Source of the DNA: Candidatus Latescibacterota bacterium
GTDB lineage: Bacteria > Latescibacterota > UBA2968
Length of the DNA: 64,000 bases
Direction: 5' to 3'
NCBI GenBank assembly: GCA_965205975.1
Contig: OZ242195.1
Coordinates: 4,896,001 to 4,960,000, forward strand
Under the pieces are notes generated by a model. That model had not been told where the DNA came from. It saw only the letters and a list, made by a program, of their open reading frames with translations, and ran no database searches. The position numbers and the translations under genes were made by a program. Positions 28,351 through 38,110 of the stretch are shown here, piece after piece. Position 1 is the first letter of the stretch. Each line of letters starts with the position of its first letter.

Positions 28351-29334
28351 ATGGAATACAGGCCGTTTGGAAAGACCGGGTTGGATGTTTCGGCGATTGG
28401 ATTTGGGTGCTGGGAGCTCGGCGGGAATTATGGTTATTTTGATGAAGGCGAAGTGATTGCGGGTATTCACAAGGCACTGGATTTGGGGATTAATTGTTTT
28501 GATACGGCCGAGGGCTATGGAAAGGGAAAATCAGAGGCTCTGCTCGCGCGCGGGCTGGGGAATCGACGCAAGGATGTGATTGTGGTGACAAAGGTCGGTA
28601 TTGGATATACGGATTCGGGACGGGAAAAGGGGCGCGACAGTCGCAGGGAGCGGATTATGGCGTCGGTAGAGAATAGTTTGCAGTTTTTGAATACGGATTA
28701 TATCGATGTTTATTTGATTCATTGGCCCGATCGGCACACGCCTTTTGAAGAGCCTATGCAGGTGCTGGACGATTTGATTCAGCAGGGTAAGGTGCGTTTT
28801 GGAGGTGTATCGAATTTCAAGGCGGAAGAGATCGATGCGTGCATGAAGACGCGGCGGGTAGATGTGGGGCAATACGGCTATCACATGTTTGATCGGCGTA
28901 TGGAGAGGGATGTTTTTCCATATTGCGAAGCGCACGGCATTGGGATGATGGGATATGGATCTCTGGCGCATGGGCTGCTCGCCGGGGCATTTGATGAGAA
29001 TACGACATTTGACACAGAAGATTGGCGCTCTAAGGGCGGGTTGTTTAATATGCCTTTGTTTACAGAGGAGAATTTTCCACGCAATTTGAAGGTGGTGGAA
29101 GCGTTAAGACAGATGGCTGCGGATCGCGGTACAGCTATATATCACCTCGCGCTGGCGTGGGTGTTGTCCAATCCCGTTATTAGCACCGCACTTGTTGGCG
29201 TGCGTAAACCCGAGGAGGTGGTGTCGAATATGGGAGCATTAGAGTTGACGTTGTCCGAAGACGACAAGTGCGCTATTGATGCGATATTTGAGAAATACGG
29301 GGTGGATACGCGCCCGGATATTTGGGTGGAGTAG
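28351..29334 (+). CDS. Aldo/keto reductase
   Basis: IGFGCW, FDTAEGYG, TKVG, DVYLIHWP, GVSNF. Confidence 0.92.
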   Translation: MEYRPFGKTGLDVSAIGFGCWELGGNYGYFDEGEVIAGIHKALDLGINCFDTAEGYGKGKSEALLARGLGNRRKDVIVVTKVGIGYTDSGREKGRDSRRERIMASVENSLQFLNTDYIDVYLIHWPDRHTPFEEPMQVLDDLIQQGKVRFGGVSNFKAEEIDACMKTRRVDVGQYGYHMFDRRMERDVFPYCEAHGIGMMGYGSLAHGLLAGAFDENTTFDTEDWRSKGGLFNMPLFTEENFPRNLKVVEALRQMAADRGTAIYHLALAWVLSNPVISTALVGVRKPEEVVSNMGALELTLSEDDKCAIDAIFEKYGVDTRPDIWVE

Positions 29335-29374
29335 GCTAAAAAGACACAAAGAATGAGGAATGGGCAATCTATAC

Positions 29375-29404
29375 TTGACAAATCAAAGCATGCTGGACTA
29401 TAAT
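29375..29404 (+). promoter_or_regulatory. Sigma70 promoter of the HU gene
   Basis: TTGACA-18 nt-TATAAT. Confidence 0.75.
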
Positions 29405-29481
29405 TAGGGTATAGCCTTTGACCTATCTGCCAGGGGGCATTAGGTTTGAGATTATAACCATTTTCACAAAGGGAGAGAATT

Positions 29482-29799
29482 ATGTCGCAAGCTGTAACAA
29501 AACGATGGAGCAAAGCCCAGATTGTAAGCGCGATCGCAGAAAGCACTGGTCTGAGCAAAAAGGATGTGGGTAGCGTTCTCGATGGATTGGACAGTGCCAT
29601 TGAAAGCCATGTCACAGCAGGTTCTGTCGGTGAATTTGTGTTGCCCGGTCTGCTCAAAATCAAAAGGGTCGAAAAACCGGCCCGCGTAGAACGAGAGGGC
29701 GTCAATCCTTTCACTGGCGAAAAAATAACAATTGCAGCCAAACCCGCTTCGCAGGGTATAAGAATTTCAGCCTTGAAAAAACTGAAAGACATGGTTTAG
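29482..29799 (+). CDS. HU-family DNA-binding protein
   Basis: IAESTGLSKKDV, LPGLLKI, GVNPFTGEKITIAAKPA. Confidence 0.9.
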   Translation: MSQAVTKRWSKAQIVSAIAESTGLSKKDVGSVLDGLDSAIESHVTAGSVGEFVLPGLLKIKRVEKPARVEREGVNPFTGEKITIAAKPASQGIRISALKKLKDMV

Positions 29800-29827
29800 C
29801 AATTGCCGCATTGTAGGGAACTATCGT

Positions 29828-29862
29828 AAAGCCCAGCCTTTTAAGGTTGGGCTTTTTTATTT
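29828..29862 (+). terminator. Intrinsic terminator
   Basis: AAAGCCCAGCCT...AGGTTGGGCTTT then T run. Confidence 0.75.
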
Positions 29863-29968
29863 TTATAATCACTTTGGGTATATTTTGTGGGACTGGACAA
29901 AATACCGCGAAATGATTACTTTCAAAGTTGAAACTAAAAAGCGATAATCCAATCGCCAAGGAGGCAAA

Positions 29969-30910
29969 ATGCGGCGGTATATTATGGGAGTATGCTTGAT
30001 CTTATTTGGAGTCTTATCTTGCATGGTCGATACAACTGAGGCTGTTGAGGTCGTTCTCAAATCGGGTCGCGTTGTGCGAGGCGAACTGATTCGAGAGACT
30101 GCGACTTCTATTACGCTTCAGCTATCTTCCAGCCGGATCGAAATTTCCAAGTTGAGTATCAAAACAATTGATGGACGTTCTCCTTTTGAACGGCGCAGAT
30201 CCCGTGCGGCAGTATCTTCCGATAGTACAGGTAAAATGGAGGTGCAAATTCCCGCAGGCCATTTTCTCATGGGAGATACCCGAGATAAAAACGCACCTGT
30301 CCACAAGGTTTATCTCGATGCCTACTGGCTTGATACACGCGAAGTCACCAATGCCCAGTACCGCGAATTTGTGACGAGTACAGGGCATGCGGCCCCACGG
30401 TATTGGGGCGAGGTCAAATACAATGGTCCCAACCAACCCGTTGTGGGTGTTTCCTGGAATGACGCCAATGCCTATTGTTCATGGAAGGGCAAACGCCTGC
30501 CCACTGAAGCAGAGTGGGAACGCGCTGCACGGGGTGTACAAAGCCGCCTTTACCCCTGGGGCGACCGTTTTGACGTCACGCGAACAAATACTCGAGAAAC
30601 CCGAAACCGACGTCCGCTGCCTGTGGGAACTTTTCCCGAAGGTGCTACCAGTGAGGGCTTGCTCGATATGTCGGGCAATGTGTGGGAGTGGTGTTGGGAT
30701 TGGTTTGATGAAGGATATTACCGCGTCTCTCTTCTCAATAATCCCACGGGGCCAGAAGCCGGGAAAAAGCGCGTGATAAGGGGTGGGGGCTGGAGTGCTC
30801 CGCACATCCACATGGCCCGACGTCGCGGTGAAAAGCCCGATAAAACCTATCCTTCTCTGGGGTTCCGGTGCGCCAGGTCGGATACTGAAGCGCGGGCGAA
30901 ACAAGAATAA
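29969..30910 (+). CDS. Exported FGE-sulfatase (SUMF1-like) domain protein
   Basis: EVTNAQY, PVVGVSW, RLPTEAEWE, DMSGNVWEW, RGGGW, GFRC; catalytic Cys pair not evident. Confidence 0.88.
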   Translation: MRRYIMGVCLILFGVLSCMVDTTEAVEVVLKSGRVVRGELIRETATSITLQLSSSRIEISKLSIKTIDGRSPFERRRSRAAVSSDSTGKMEVQIPAGHFLMGDTRDKNAPVHKVYLDAYWLDTREVTNAQYREFVTSTGHAAPRYWGEVKYNGPNQPVVGVSWNDANAYCSWKGKRLPTEAEWERAARGVQSRLYPWGDRFDVTRTNTRETRNRRPLPVGTFPEGATSEGLLDMSGNVWEWCWDWFDEGYYRVSLLNNPTGPEAGKKRVIRGGGWSAPHIHMARRRGEKPDKTYPSLGFRCARSDTEARAKQE

Positions 30911-30920
30911 TAAGGTGAAT

Positions 30921-30951
30921 AAAAAAAAGCCGCTGATCAGCGGCTTTTTTT
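30921..30951. terminator. Bidirectional terminator
   Basis: Perfect palindrome A7-GCCGCTGATCAGCGGC-T7 between convergent genes. Confidence 0.85.
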
Positions 30952-30974
30952 GGGAATGACCATTTGGGAAATTA

Positions 30975-31394
30975 CTACAGGTCGAGGTCGTCCAAACCCT
31001 CCAGTTCATCCAATACCTCGTCTTCGCCCACCACGGTATTCGACTCTCGAATGACAACGAGAATCGAAGCCTGGGGCACAATGAGATATTTTTCTCCTTC
31101 AAAAGAGATCTCCATCGCGGCTTTTTGTAAAAATAAGGCAAAATCTCCTTCCTCAACTTGCAGGGGCAAATATCGCGTTTCTTTTGGCGTATTGCGCCAG
31201 GGTTCATCGTCTTCGGGCGTTTCTGGCAGTGGGAGACCAGGCCCTGTGGCCATAATGCGACCACTCTGTACTTCCTCTTTTTCGACCACGGTTTGAGGCA
31301 AATAAAGCCCCACTTTGGTTCGCTCTTCCAAATCTTCCCGCTTGACCAAAACGCGGTCGCCAATAACGACGAGTTCTTTGTTTCCTATTTGCAT
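30975..31394 (-). CDS. GroES-family co-chaperonin (stand-alone)
   Basis: GDRVLVK, TKVGLYLP, GRIMATGPG, PLQVEEGD. Confidence 0.85.
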   Translation of the reverse strand: MQIGNKELVVIGDRVLVKREDLEERTKVGLYLPQTVVEKEEVQSGRIMATGPGLPLPETPEDDEPWRNTPKETRYLPLQVEEGDFALFLQKAAMEISFEGEKYLIVPQASILVVIRESNTVVGEDEVLDELEGLDDLDL

Positions 31395-31509
31395 TGCATT
31401 TTCTCGCTCAATGAGTTCCGCATATATCCAAACAATTGTGTGTCAAACTTAAAAAATTGTATCGCAAGTGTCAACTATTTAGAGAAAGAACAAATTCAAT
31501 AATAAAATC

Positions 31510-31538
31510 TTGACAAATGGAAGGATAAGGCATATTAT
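31510..31538 (+). promoter_or_regulatory. Sigma70 promoter
   Basis: TTGACA-17 nt-TATTAT; an extended -10 TGATATACT also lies at about 31554-31562. Confidence 0.7.
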
Positions 31539-31582
31539 TTTTCACCGTGTATGTGATATACTTTTGATTATGGAGCCGTTCC

Positions 31583-31678
31583 ATGTTGTTTTTTGTGCCA
31601 ACAATGCAAATGTCGATGCCCGTCGTTGTACGGGCTACACGTGTTGTACATTCCCATTGCGAGCAGGAGCATGGATAG
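31583..31678 (+). CDS. Putative 31-aa leader peptide
   Basis: GGAG 7 nt upstream of ATG; MLFFVPTMQMSMPVVVRATRVVHSHCEQEHG. Confidence 0.4.
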   Translation: MLFFVPTMQMSMPVVVRATRVVHSHCEQEHG

Positions 31679-31710
31679 CGGATCATTTTAGTCGTTTGCA
31701 TTATGAAACA

Positions 31711-31746
31711 AAGCCGTTGGAATGTTCCGTTCCAGCGGCTTTTTAT
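31711..31746 (+). terminator. Intrinsic terminator/attenuator upstream of holB
   Basis: AAGCCGTTGGAATG-TTC-CGTTCCAGCGGCTT then TTTAT. Confidence 0.75.
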
Positions 31747-31759
31747 ATGAGAGGCGATA

Positions 31760-32803
31760 TTGAAACGGGTGATTGGACAGGGGCGAGCGGTTCGGTTTTT
31801 GACCGAATTGATTGAAAGAGATCGAGTCCCGCACGCGCTGTTGTTTTTGGGCACTTCTGGTACGGGTGCTGTGGCGGCGGCATTGGATTTTGCGCAGGCG
31901 TTGCATTGTCGGAAAGATGGTGCTGTGGCCTGTGGGCATTGTGCCGAATGTCACAAGGTGACAAATCTCAATCATCCGGATAGTACGCTGCTCTTTCCTT
32001 TTTCTCAGGGCGTGAAGGAGGAAGATAGGCAGACTGCACTGCTGCAGGTGTGGCAATCGCCTTATCACTATCCATTGCCCGACAAGAATGCGGGGATTAC
32101 CATTGATCGCGTTCGGCAGATGCAGCGGCAGTTTACGCACAGTGCTTTTGCAGGGGGCTGGCGCACGACTCTTATTTTTCATGCGGATCAAATGCGCGCA
32201 GAGGCGGCTAACGCCATGTTGAAAACTCTGGAAGAACCACCTGTTCGGTCGCTGATGATCTTGGTTGCAGCCCAGGGCAATGCGTTGTTGCCCACCATTG
32301 TGTCGCGGTGTCAGTTTGTGAAATTTCCCGCGCTTTCGCCTCAGGATATCAGTGCCAGCTTGACGGCAAGGGGCGTTGATAAAACAATGGCAGATTTTAT
32401 TGGACGTACGTGTGGCGGCGATATTCGCCGGGCATTGGATATGACCGATGGCCATATCGCAGATAGGCAAGATCGATCTTTTAAGTTTTTGGAAGCCTTG
32501 ATGTGGGGGCAGGACGAGCGCACGTTTGAAGCACTTGCAAAACTCGACCGGCAAGAGGCATTGGATATTTTGGCAGGTGCAGAAATTTGGCTCAGGGATG
32601 CGCTGTTGTTGCAATGTGGCCGGGGCGATTGTATAGCCAATGCCGATCAGGAGGACAATGTCGGGCGGTTGGCTGAGGTTTTTGATCTGGACCAACTCGC
32701 CGCAATTGTAAAAAAGATTGAATCACTGCGTGAGATGAATCAACGCAATGTAAATATGAATTTGGGCTTGATCTCGCTCTGGCGGCAGATGAAGTTCTTT
32801 TGA
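31760..32803 (+). CDS. holB: DNA polymerase III subunit delta'
   Basis: VIGQ, HALLFLG, CGHCAEC, HPD, ANAMLKTLEEPP, LPTIVSRCQ. Confidence 0.9.
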   Translation: MKRVIGQGRAVRFLTELIERDRVPHALLFLGTSGTGAVAAALDFAQALHCRKDGAVACGHCAECHKVTNLNHPDSTLLFPFSQGVKEEDRQTALLQVWQSPYHYPLPDKNAGITIDRVRQMQRQFTHSAFAGGWRTTLIFHADQMRAEAANAMLKTLEEPPVRSLMILVAAQGNALLPTIVSRCQFVKFPALSPQDISASLTARGVDKTMADFIGRTCGGDIRRALDMTDGHIADRQDRSFKFLEALMWGQDERTFEALAKLDRQEALDILAGAEIWLRDALLLQCGRGDCIANADQEDNVGRLAEVFDLDQLAAIVKKIESLREMNQRNVNMNLGLISLWRQMKFF

Positions 32804-32817
32804 ATAGGTTTAGAAAA

Positions 32818-34704
32818 ATGGGTACATTTTATATTACAACACCGATTTATTACGTTAATGATGAACCCCATATTGGTCATGCGTACACGACGATTATGGC
32901 CGATGTGTTGTCGCGTTTTCATCGCCTGGCTGGCGATGATGTGTTGTTTTTGACGGGTACGGATGAGCACGGGCAGAAAGTGGATGAGGCTGCGAAAGAA
33001 CGCAATCTGTCGCCGCAGGCACAGGCGGATGAAATGGTGGTGCGATTTCAGGCGTTGTGGGAGGATTTAAATATTTCTAACGATGATTTTATTCGCACAA
33101 CCGAAGCGCGGCACAAGCGCGTTGTCTCCGAGATTTTGCAACGCATTTACGATGCGGGCGAGGTTTATGCCGACAATTACGAGGGCTGGTATTGTATCCC
33201 GGACGAGCGGTTCTGGACAGAAAAGGACCTGATTGATGGCAACTGTCCGGATTGCGGGCGGCCTACGGAGAAGATTTCAGAGAAGAATTATTTTTTTAAA
33301 ATGAGCAAATATCAGGACTGGCTCATTGAGTATATTGAGACACATCCCGATTTTATTCGTCCAGAAAAGCGGCGCAATGAGATCCTCGGTTTTTTGCGAC
33401 AACCGTTGGGCGATTTGTGTATTTCTCGCCCCAGGTCGCGTATGGCATGGGGGATTCCGCTTCCTTTTGATGAAGATTATGTCTGTTATGTGTGGTTCGA
33501 TGCGCTGATCAATTATATCACAGCACCGGGTTATATCGCCGATAATGCGCGTTTTGAGCACTGGTGGCAGGCGTCTTGTCATCTGATTGGTAAGGATATT
33601 TTGACCACGCATTGCGTGTATTGGCCCACGATGCTCAAGGCGATGGGTGTGCCATTGCCCAAAACGATTATGGGGCATGGCTTTTGGCTCGTGGATGAGA
33701 CAAAGATGGGGAAGTCGCTGGGTAATGCAATTCGGCCTCTGGATCTGGCGGATAAATACGGCGTGGATGCGCTTCGGTATTTTCTGGTGCGCGATATGAC
33801 GCTGGGGCAAGATAGCGATTTTAGCGAGGAGGCTTTTGTCCAGCGTTATAATACCGAGTTGGCGAATGAGTTGGGCAATTTGCTGAATCGCTCGGTGGTT
33901 ATGGCTGCGCGATATCTGGATGGGGTTGTGCCTGAGGTTGATGGCAGCCATTCGGCGCTCGGCGCTTTGAAATCGCAGACGGATGAGACGCTTAATGCGG
34001 TGGGCGAGGCTATTGATGCGATGAATCCCAATGCGGTGCTGGATGCGGTTTGGCGGTTGGTGCGGGAAGCCAATCGGTTTGTCGAGGTGCAGGCGCCGTG
34101 GCATTTGGTGAAGGATGCGAGCAAGAGGGCCGAGCTTGAGGTGACGATTTACGCGTTGCTGGAGACTATGCGGCAACTATCTGTGTTGCTGTTTCCTGTG
34201 ATTCCCTCAAAGGCATGTGAGATTTGGCGGCAACTCGGCGCAAAGGGTTCGCCGGAAGATGTTCATTTGGATGATTTAAAAACATGGGGAGGTCTGGATG
34301 CCAATTTGAAAGTTGCACCTGGCGATCCGGTGTTCCCGCGTATTGAGGAGGTCAATGTGGCAGAGGAAAGACCAGAAGAAGATTTGATTTCTTTTTCAGA
34401 ATTTCAGAAGCTCAAGTTGCGCGTGGCAAAAATTGACGCAGCCGAGCGCGTGAAGGGGGCAGACCGCCTGTTGCAGTTGCAGATCAGTTTGGGCGATGAG
34501 CAACGCCAGATCGTCGCCGGGATTGCCGAGTACTACGAGCCGGATGCACTCGTTGGGCAGCAGATTGTGGTGGTTGCCAATCTGGAGCCAGCGACTATTC
34601 GCGGTGTCGAGTCCCAGGGTATGCTGCTGGCGGCATCCGACGATAACGGCCTCACACTCGTGACGCCAGATGGTGAGATTAGTGATGGGGCAGAGGTTAA
34701 TTGA
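32818..34704 (+). CDS. metG: Methionine-tRNA ligase
   Basis: YITTPIYYVN, HIGH, YVWFDAL, KMGKS, C-terminal tRNA-binding OB domain. Confidence 0.97.
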   Translation: MGTFYITTPIYYVNDEPHIGHAYTTIMADVLSRFHRLAGDDVLFLTGTDEHGQKVDEAAKERNLSPQAQADEMVVRFQALWEDLNISNDDFIRTTEARHKRVVSEILQRIYDAGEVYADNYEGWYCIPDERFWTEKDLIDGNCPDCGRPTEKISEKNYFFKMSKYQDWLIEYIETHPDFIRPEKRRNEILGFLRQPLGDLCISRPRSRMAWGIPLPFDEDYVCYVWFDALINYITAPGYIADNARFEHWWQASCHLIGKDILTTHCVYWPTMLKAMGVPLPKTIMGHGFWLVDETKMGKSLGNAIRPLDLADKYGVDALRYFLVRDMTLGQDSDFSEEAFVQRYNTELANELGNLLNRSVVMAARYLDGVVPEVDGSHSALGALKSQTDETLNAVGEAIDAMNPNAVLDAVWRLVREANRFVEVQAPWHLVKDASKRAELEVTIYALLETMRQLSVLLFPVIPSKACEIWRQLGAKGSPEDVHLDDLKTWGGLDANLKVAPGDPVFPRIEEVNVAEERPEEDLISFSEFQKLKLRVAKIDAAERVKGADRLLQLQISLGDEQRQIVAGIAEYYEPDALVGQQIVVVANLEPATIRGVESQGMLLAASDDNGLTLVTPDGEISDGAEVN

Positions 34705-35230
34705 GGAGCAAATAGAGGTTACAATTCGCCCATTGCGGTACAGCGATGCAGCAGCCGTACAGTGCTATGCCTCTGATGAACGCGTTGCGCGTACTACTAC
34801 TATACCCCAACCATATCCGAAGAATGGTGGAGAAACTTTCGTCAAGAAAGGCGTTAGAGCACACAAAAATCGAGGGGCTTTCTATTTTGCTATTGTTGCA
34901 GATGGTGATATGGTTGGGGTAGTAGAACTCGGGGCGGTTGACTGCGAAAAACGTAGCACCCGATGTGATTACGCAATCGCATCGTCGCATTGGGGCAAGG
35001 GAATCACGACCAGAGCTGTTGCTCTTGCGCTAAACTATGCGTTCTGTGAACTCGACATGGAGATCGTTCATTCGACTTGCCTGAGGTGCAATCCGGCGTC
35101 TGCTCGTGTTCTGGAGAAGAATGGATTTCAGGAGACGGAAGGGTTTATCTACAACAGTTCCAAGTTCGAGAACGAACCCGCACGGCGGTTTCAACTGACC
35201 CGACAGGCGTGGAGAAAAGAGAATGTCTGA
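34685..35230 (+). CDS. RimJ/RimL-type GNAT acetyltransferase (start uncertain)
   Basis: IPQPYP, HWGKGITT, NPASARVLEKNGF. Confidence 0.85.
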   Translation: MGQRLIEEQIEVTIRPLRYSDAAAVQCYASDERVARTTTIPQPYPKNGGETFVKKGVRAHKNRGAFYFAIVADGDMVGVVELGAVDCEKRSTRCDYAIASSHWGKGITTRAVALALNYAFCELDMEIVHSTCLRCNPASARVLEKNGFQETEGFIYNSSKFENEPARRFQLTRQAWRKENV

Positions 35231-35459
35231 TCATGGAGTGGCGCGTGAAACATTGGTTGAGATGAGCGTTACGTATAGCATTGAAGTCAATGGGCGATTT
35301 GTTATTATTGAAGATGTTCCTGCTCGGGTCAATGTTGAGACGGGGGAAAGGTTCTTTTCTCCAGAGACTGTCGAATGTTTGCAACAGGCGGTTTGGAAAA
35401 GATGTCAACCCGTTCGCACTATTGAAACACCTGTGTATGATTACGCCGCATTGACCTGA
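35223..35459 (+). CDS. YgiT-type zinc-finger-like (MqsA N-terminal-like) small protein lacking CxxC
   Basis: TYSIEVNGRFVIIEDVPARVNVETGERFFSPETV...PVYDY. Confidence 0.7.
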   Translation: MSDHGVARETLVEMSVTYSIEVNGRFVIIEDVPARVNVETGERFFSPETVECLQQAVWKRCQPVRTIETPVYDYAALT

Positions 35460-35542
35460 CTATCCGTTGCCGTTGACAGGAGTTACGGCGGGGTTGGGTT
35501 GTTGGACGCTTTCTGACAGACTAACAATTTACCTCTCGTCTT

Positions 35543-35577
35543 TCATCTGTGTTTATCTGCGTTCATCTGCGGATACT
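35543..35577 (-). repeat. CGCAGATGAA-type tandem repeat (inverted copy)
   Basis: Minus strand ATCCGCAGATGAACGCAGATAAACACAGATG. Confidence 0.75.
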
Positions 35578-35597
35578 CGCCTTTACAGGATTTCAAC

Positions 35598-36368
35598 ATG
35601 CTTGTCGATTCGCACGCGCATTTGATGTTTCCTCAGTTCAGGAAGGATCTGGACGATCTGCTCGCCCGGGCGCGTGCCGCGGGGGTGGGGCAAATTTTGA
35701 ATGTGGGTACAAATCTGGATACGAGCCGTGCGGCTATTGCCCTTGCTGAGGTACGGGATGATGTGTTTGCTTCGGCGGGGTTTCATCCGTCGGATTCAGC
35801 AAAGGCGGATGAAGCGGCTTTGAAAAAGCTGCCCGCGATTTTGAAGCATCCCAGAATCGTTGCGGTCGGCGAGACGGGATTGGATTTTTATCGCGATTAC
35901 GCGCCGCGCGAGGTTCAGGAACGGGCGTTTCGGGCACATATTCGTCTGGCGAGAGAGATGGACCTGCCGCTGATTATTCACAGTCGAGGTGCTGAAACGC
36001 GGGTGTTAGATGTGTTGGAGGGAGAGGGTGGATCCGATGTGGGCGGTGTGATGCACTGTTTTGGGGGAGATGTCGAAGAAGCCCGTCGGGCGGTTGGTCT
36101 CAATTTTTATCTGGGTTTTGGTGGTATTGTCACTTTCAAAAATTCGGGTGCGTTGAAGGTCGCATTGGATGTGCCCGCTGAGCGTTTGCTTTTGGAGACG
36201 GATTGTCCGTTTCTGGCACCGGCACCAAAACGCGGCAAGCGCAATGAGCCGGCTTATGTGCGCTATGTCGCCGAATGTCTGGTTGATGCTGGATGGGGGG
36301 ATACTGGAGATGTGTGTCGGCAGACGACGCAAAATGCTCAGACTCTGTTTGGATTGGGATCAACGTGA
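35598..36368 (+). CDS. tatD: TatD-family hydrolase
   Basis: DSHAH, GETGLD, IIHSR, MHCF, ETDCPFLAP, RNEP. Confidence 0.93.
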   Translation: MLVDSHAHLMFPQFRKDLDDLLARARAAGVGQILNVGTNLDTSRAAIALAEVRDDVFASAGFHPSDSAKADEAALKKLPAILKHPRIVAVGETGLDFYRDYAPREVQERAFRAHIRLAREMDLPLIIHSRGAETRVLDVLEGEGGSDVGGVMHCFGGDVEEARRAVGLNFYLGFGGIVTFKNSGALKVALDVPAERLLLETDCPFLAPAPKRGKRNEPAYVRYVAECLVDAGWGDTGDVCRQTTQNAQTLFGLGST

Positions 36369-37141
36369 AAACGAAGACGCGGCTGGGCCAGCACTTTCTC
36401 ACAAATGGCGCATCTATCGAGCGAATCGTAGAGGCCGTACAGGTTGATAAAGAGGATCTGGTCGTAGAAATTGGTCCTGGACGAGGTGCGTTGACGGGCC
36501 TTCTGGTTGAGCGAGCGGATCGGGTGGTCGCGATTGAGATTGACCGAGAATTGTGCGCCGTGCTTTCCGATCGATTTGGTTCGCGGTTAAAAATTGTATC
36601 AGATGATGTGCGGCAGGTCAATTTGCCCGCGCTTGTTGGAATTGAAAAACGAGAAAAGGCGATTTTGGTGGGCAATTTGCCCTACCATATTACGGGCGCG
36701 CTCATCAGGCAAATTACGGATGCTCGAAGGGTTTGGAAACGCGCTGTGATTACGGTGCAGCGCGAAGTGGGGCAACGCATGATCGCGCAGCCGGGCAGTA
36801 AAATATATGGCGTGCTGTCGGTTGTTACACAGGTGCGGTGTGTCGCAAAACGGTTGTTTGATCTGCCCCCCGCGCATTTTTATCCGCGGCCCAAAGTGCA
36901 TTCTTCTGTGTTGATGCTGGATTTTGAAGCGAATTCTGCTTATGATATTGTAGATGAAAGGCGTTTGTTTGGCGTGGTGCGCGCCGCATTTCAGCAGCGG
37001 AGGAAAATGGTGCGCAACGCACTATCTGGTGTGGTAGATAATGAGATTTTGATGGTAGCGAATATCGATGGCCGAGCGCGTCCTGAAACCATATCAATAG
37101 ATGGATTTGAACGGATTTGCCGTGCATTGGCTATGAGATAG
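36365..37141 (+). CDS. rsmA: 16S rRNA m6,2A dimethyltransferase
   Basis: LGQHFL, EIGPGRGALT, GNLPYHIT, QRRK; GTG start overlaps the tatD stop. Confidence 0.93.
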   Translation: MKTKTRLGQHFLTNGASIERIVEAVQVDKEDLVVEIGPGRGALTGLLVERADRVVAIEIDRELCAVLSDRFGSRLKIVSDDVRQVNLPALVGIEKREKAILVGNLPYHITGALIRQITDARRVWKRAVITVQREVGQRMIAQPGSKIYGVLSVVTQVRCVAKRLFDLPPAHFYPRPKVHSSVLMLDFEANSAYDIVDERRLFGVVRAAFQQRRKMVRNALSGVVDNEILMVANIDGRARPETISIDGFERICRALAMR

Positions 37142-37162
37142 TTTTATAGAAAGGGTTTTCTT

Positions 37163-38083
37163 ATGCCCATTCCAAAGTCAGACAAGATCTGGTTTAATGG
37201 GAATTTTGTAGGTTGGGACGATGCCAAAATTCACGTGCTGTCCCATGTGGTGCATTACGGTTCGAGTGTTTTTGAGGGGATACGGTGCTATCATACCGAA
37301 AGAGGACCGGCCTGTTTCAGGCTTCGAGATCATGTGAAAAGGCTTTACGATTCGGCCAAAATTTATCGCATGGAAATTCCCTATATGCAGGATGAACTGG
37401 AAGCGGCTATTTTGGAGACGATTCGCATTAATAACTTGCAGGCGTGTTATATCAGGCCCGTGGTTTTTCGGGGGTTTGGCGAATTGGCCGTCAACCCAAT
37501 GCCATGTCCGGTTGAGGTGGTGATCGCGGTGTGGGAATGGGGCAAGTACCTGGGTCCAGAAGCTCTGGAAAAAGGTGTGTCGGTTCGGTTTGCGTCGTGG
37601 AATCGCCTGGCGCCCAATACCATGCCTTCGCTGGCCAAGGTGGCGGCAAATTATATGAACGCACAACTGATTAAGATGGAGGCGATGGCCGATGGATATG
37701 CCGAGGGCATTGCCCTGGATACGCAGGGTTATGTGAGCGAAGGTAGCGGCGAGAATATTTTTATGGCGAAGAATGGGCAGATTTACACGCCTTCTACCGG
37801 GTCGTCTATTTTGCCTGGTATTACGCGACATTCGGTTATTACACTTGCCCGAGATTTGGGACATACGGTGACGGCGCGACCGATTCCAAGAGAGTCTCTG
37901 TATATTGCCGATGAGGTTTTTTTTACGGGTAGTGCAGCAGAGATCACGCCTATTACGGCTATTGATCATATCGATGTCGGCTGTGGTTCTCGGGGTGAGA
38001 TCACAAAGAAGCTGCAGGATGCCTTTTTTGCCGTTGTGGAAGGGCGTGCGGAAGATAAGCGCGGCTGGTTGACGTATGTTTAA
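37163..38083 (+). CDS. ilvE: Branched-chain amino acid aminotransferase
   Basis: [37 protein letters not shown]. Confidence 0.95.
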   Translation: MPIPKSDKIWFNGNFVGWDDAKIHVLSHVVHYGSSVFEGIRCYHTERGPACFRLRDHVKRLYDSAKIYRMEIPYMQDELEAAILETIRINNLQACYIRPVVFRGFGELAVNPMPCPVEVVIAVWEWGKYLGPEALEKGVSVRFASWNRLAPNTMPSLAKVAANYMNAQLIKMEAMADGYAEGIALDTQGYVSEGSGENIFMAKNGQIYTPSTGSSILPGITRHSVITLARDLGHTVTARPIPRESLYIADEVFFTGSAAEITPITAIDHIDVGCGSRGEITKKLQDAFFAVVEGRAEDKRGWLTYV

Positions 38084-38110
38084 TGAGGTAAGACAAAAAA
38101 GCTGATTGCT

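Noticed and set aside
29969..30910. DGR target protein (CLec/FGE fold)
   Set aside because: No reverse transcriptase and no template repeat seen in the window
31570..31746. SRP RNA, T-box or SAM riboswitch
   Set aside because: Could not find the SRP GGAA-loop domain, the T-box UGGNACC sequence or SAM-I core motifs
31688..34176. Long antisense ORFs (335 aa, 299 aa and similar ones elsewhere)
   Set aside because: Shadow frames of well-supported genes, with no recognisable motifs
35205..35235. attC remnant at the GNAT 3' end
   Set aside because: Reads GTCTGAT rather than RYYYAAC, and there is no matching core site
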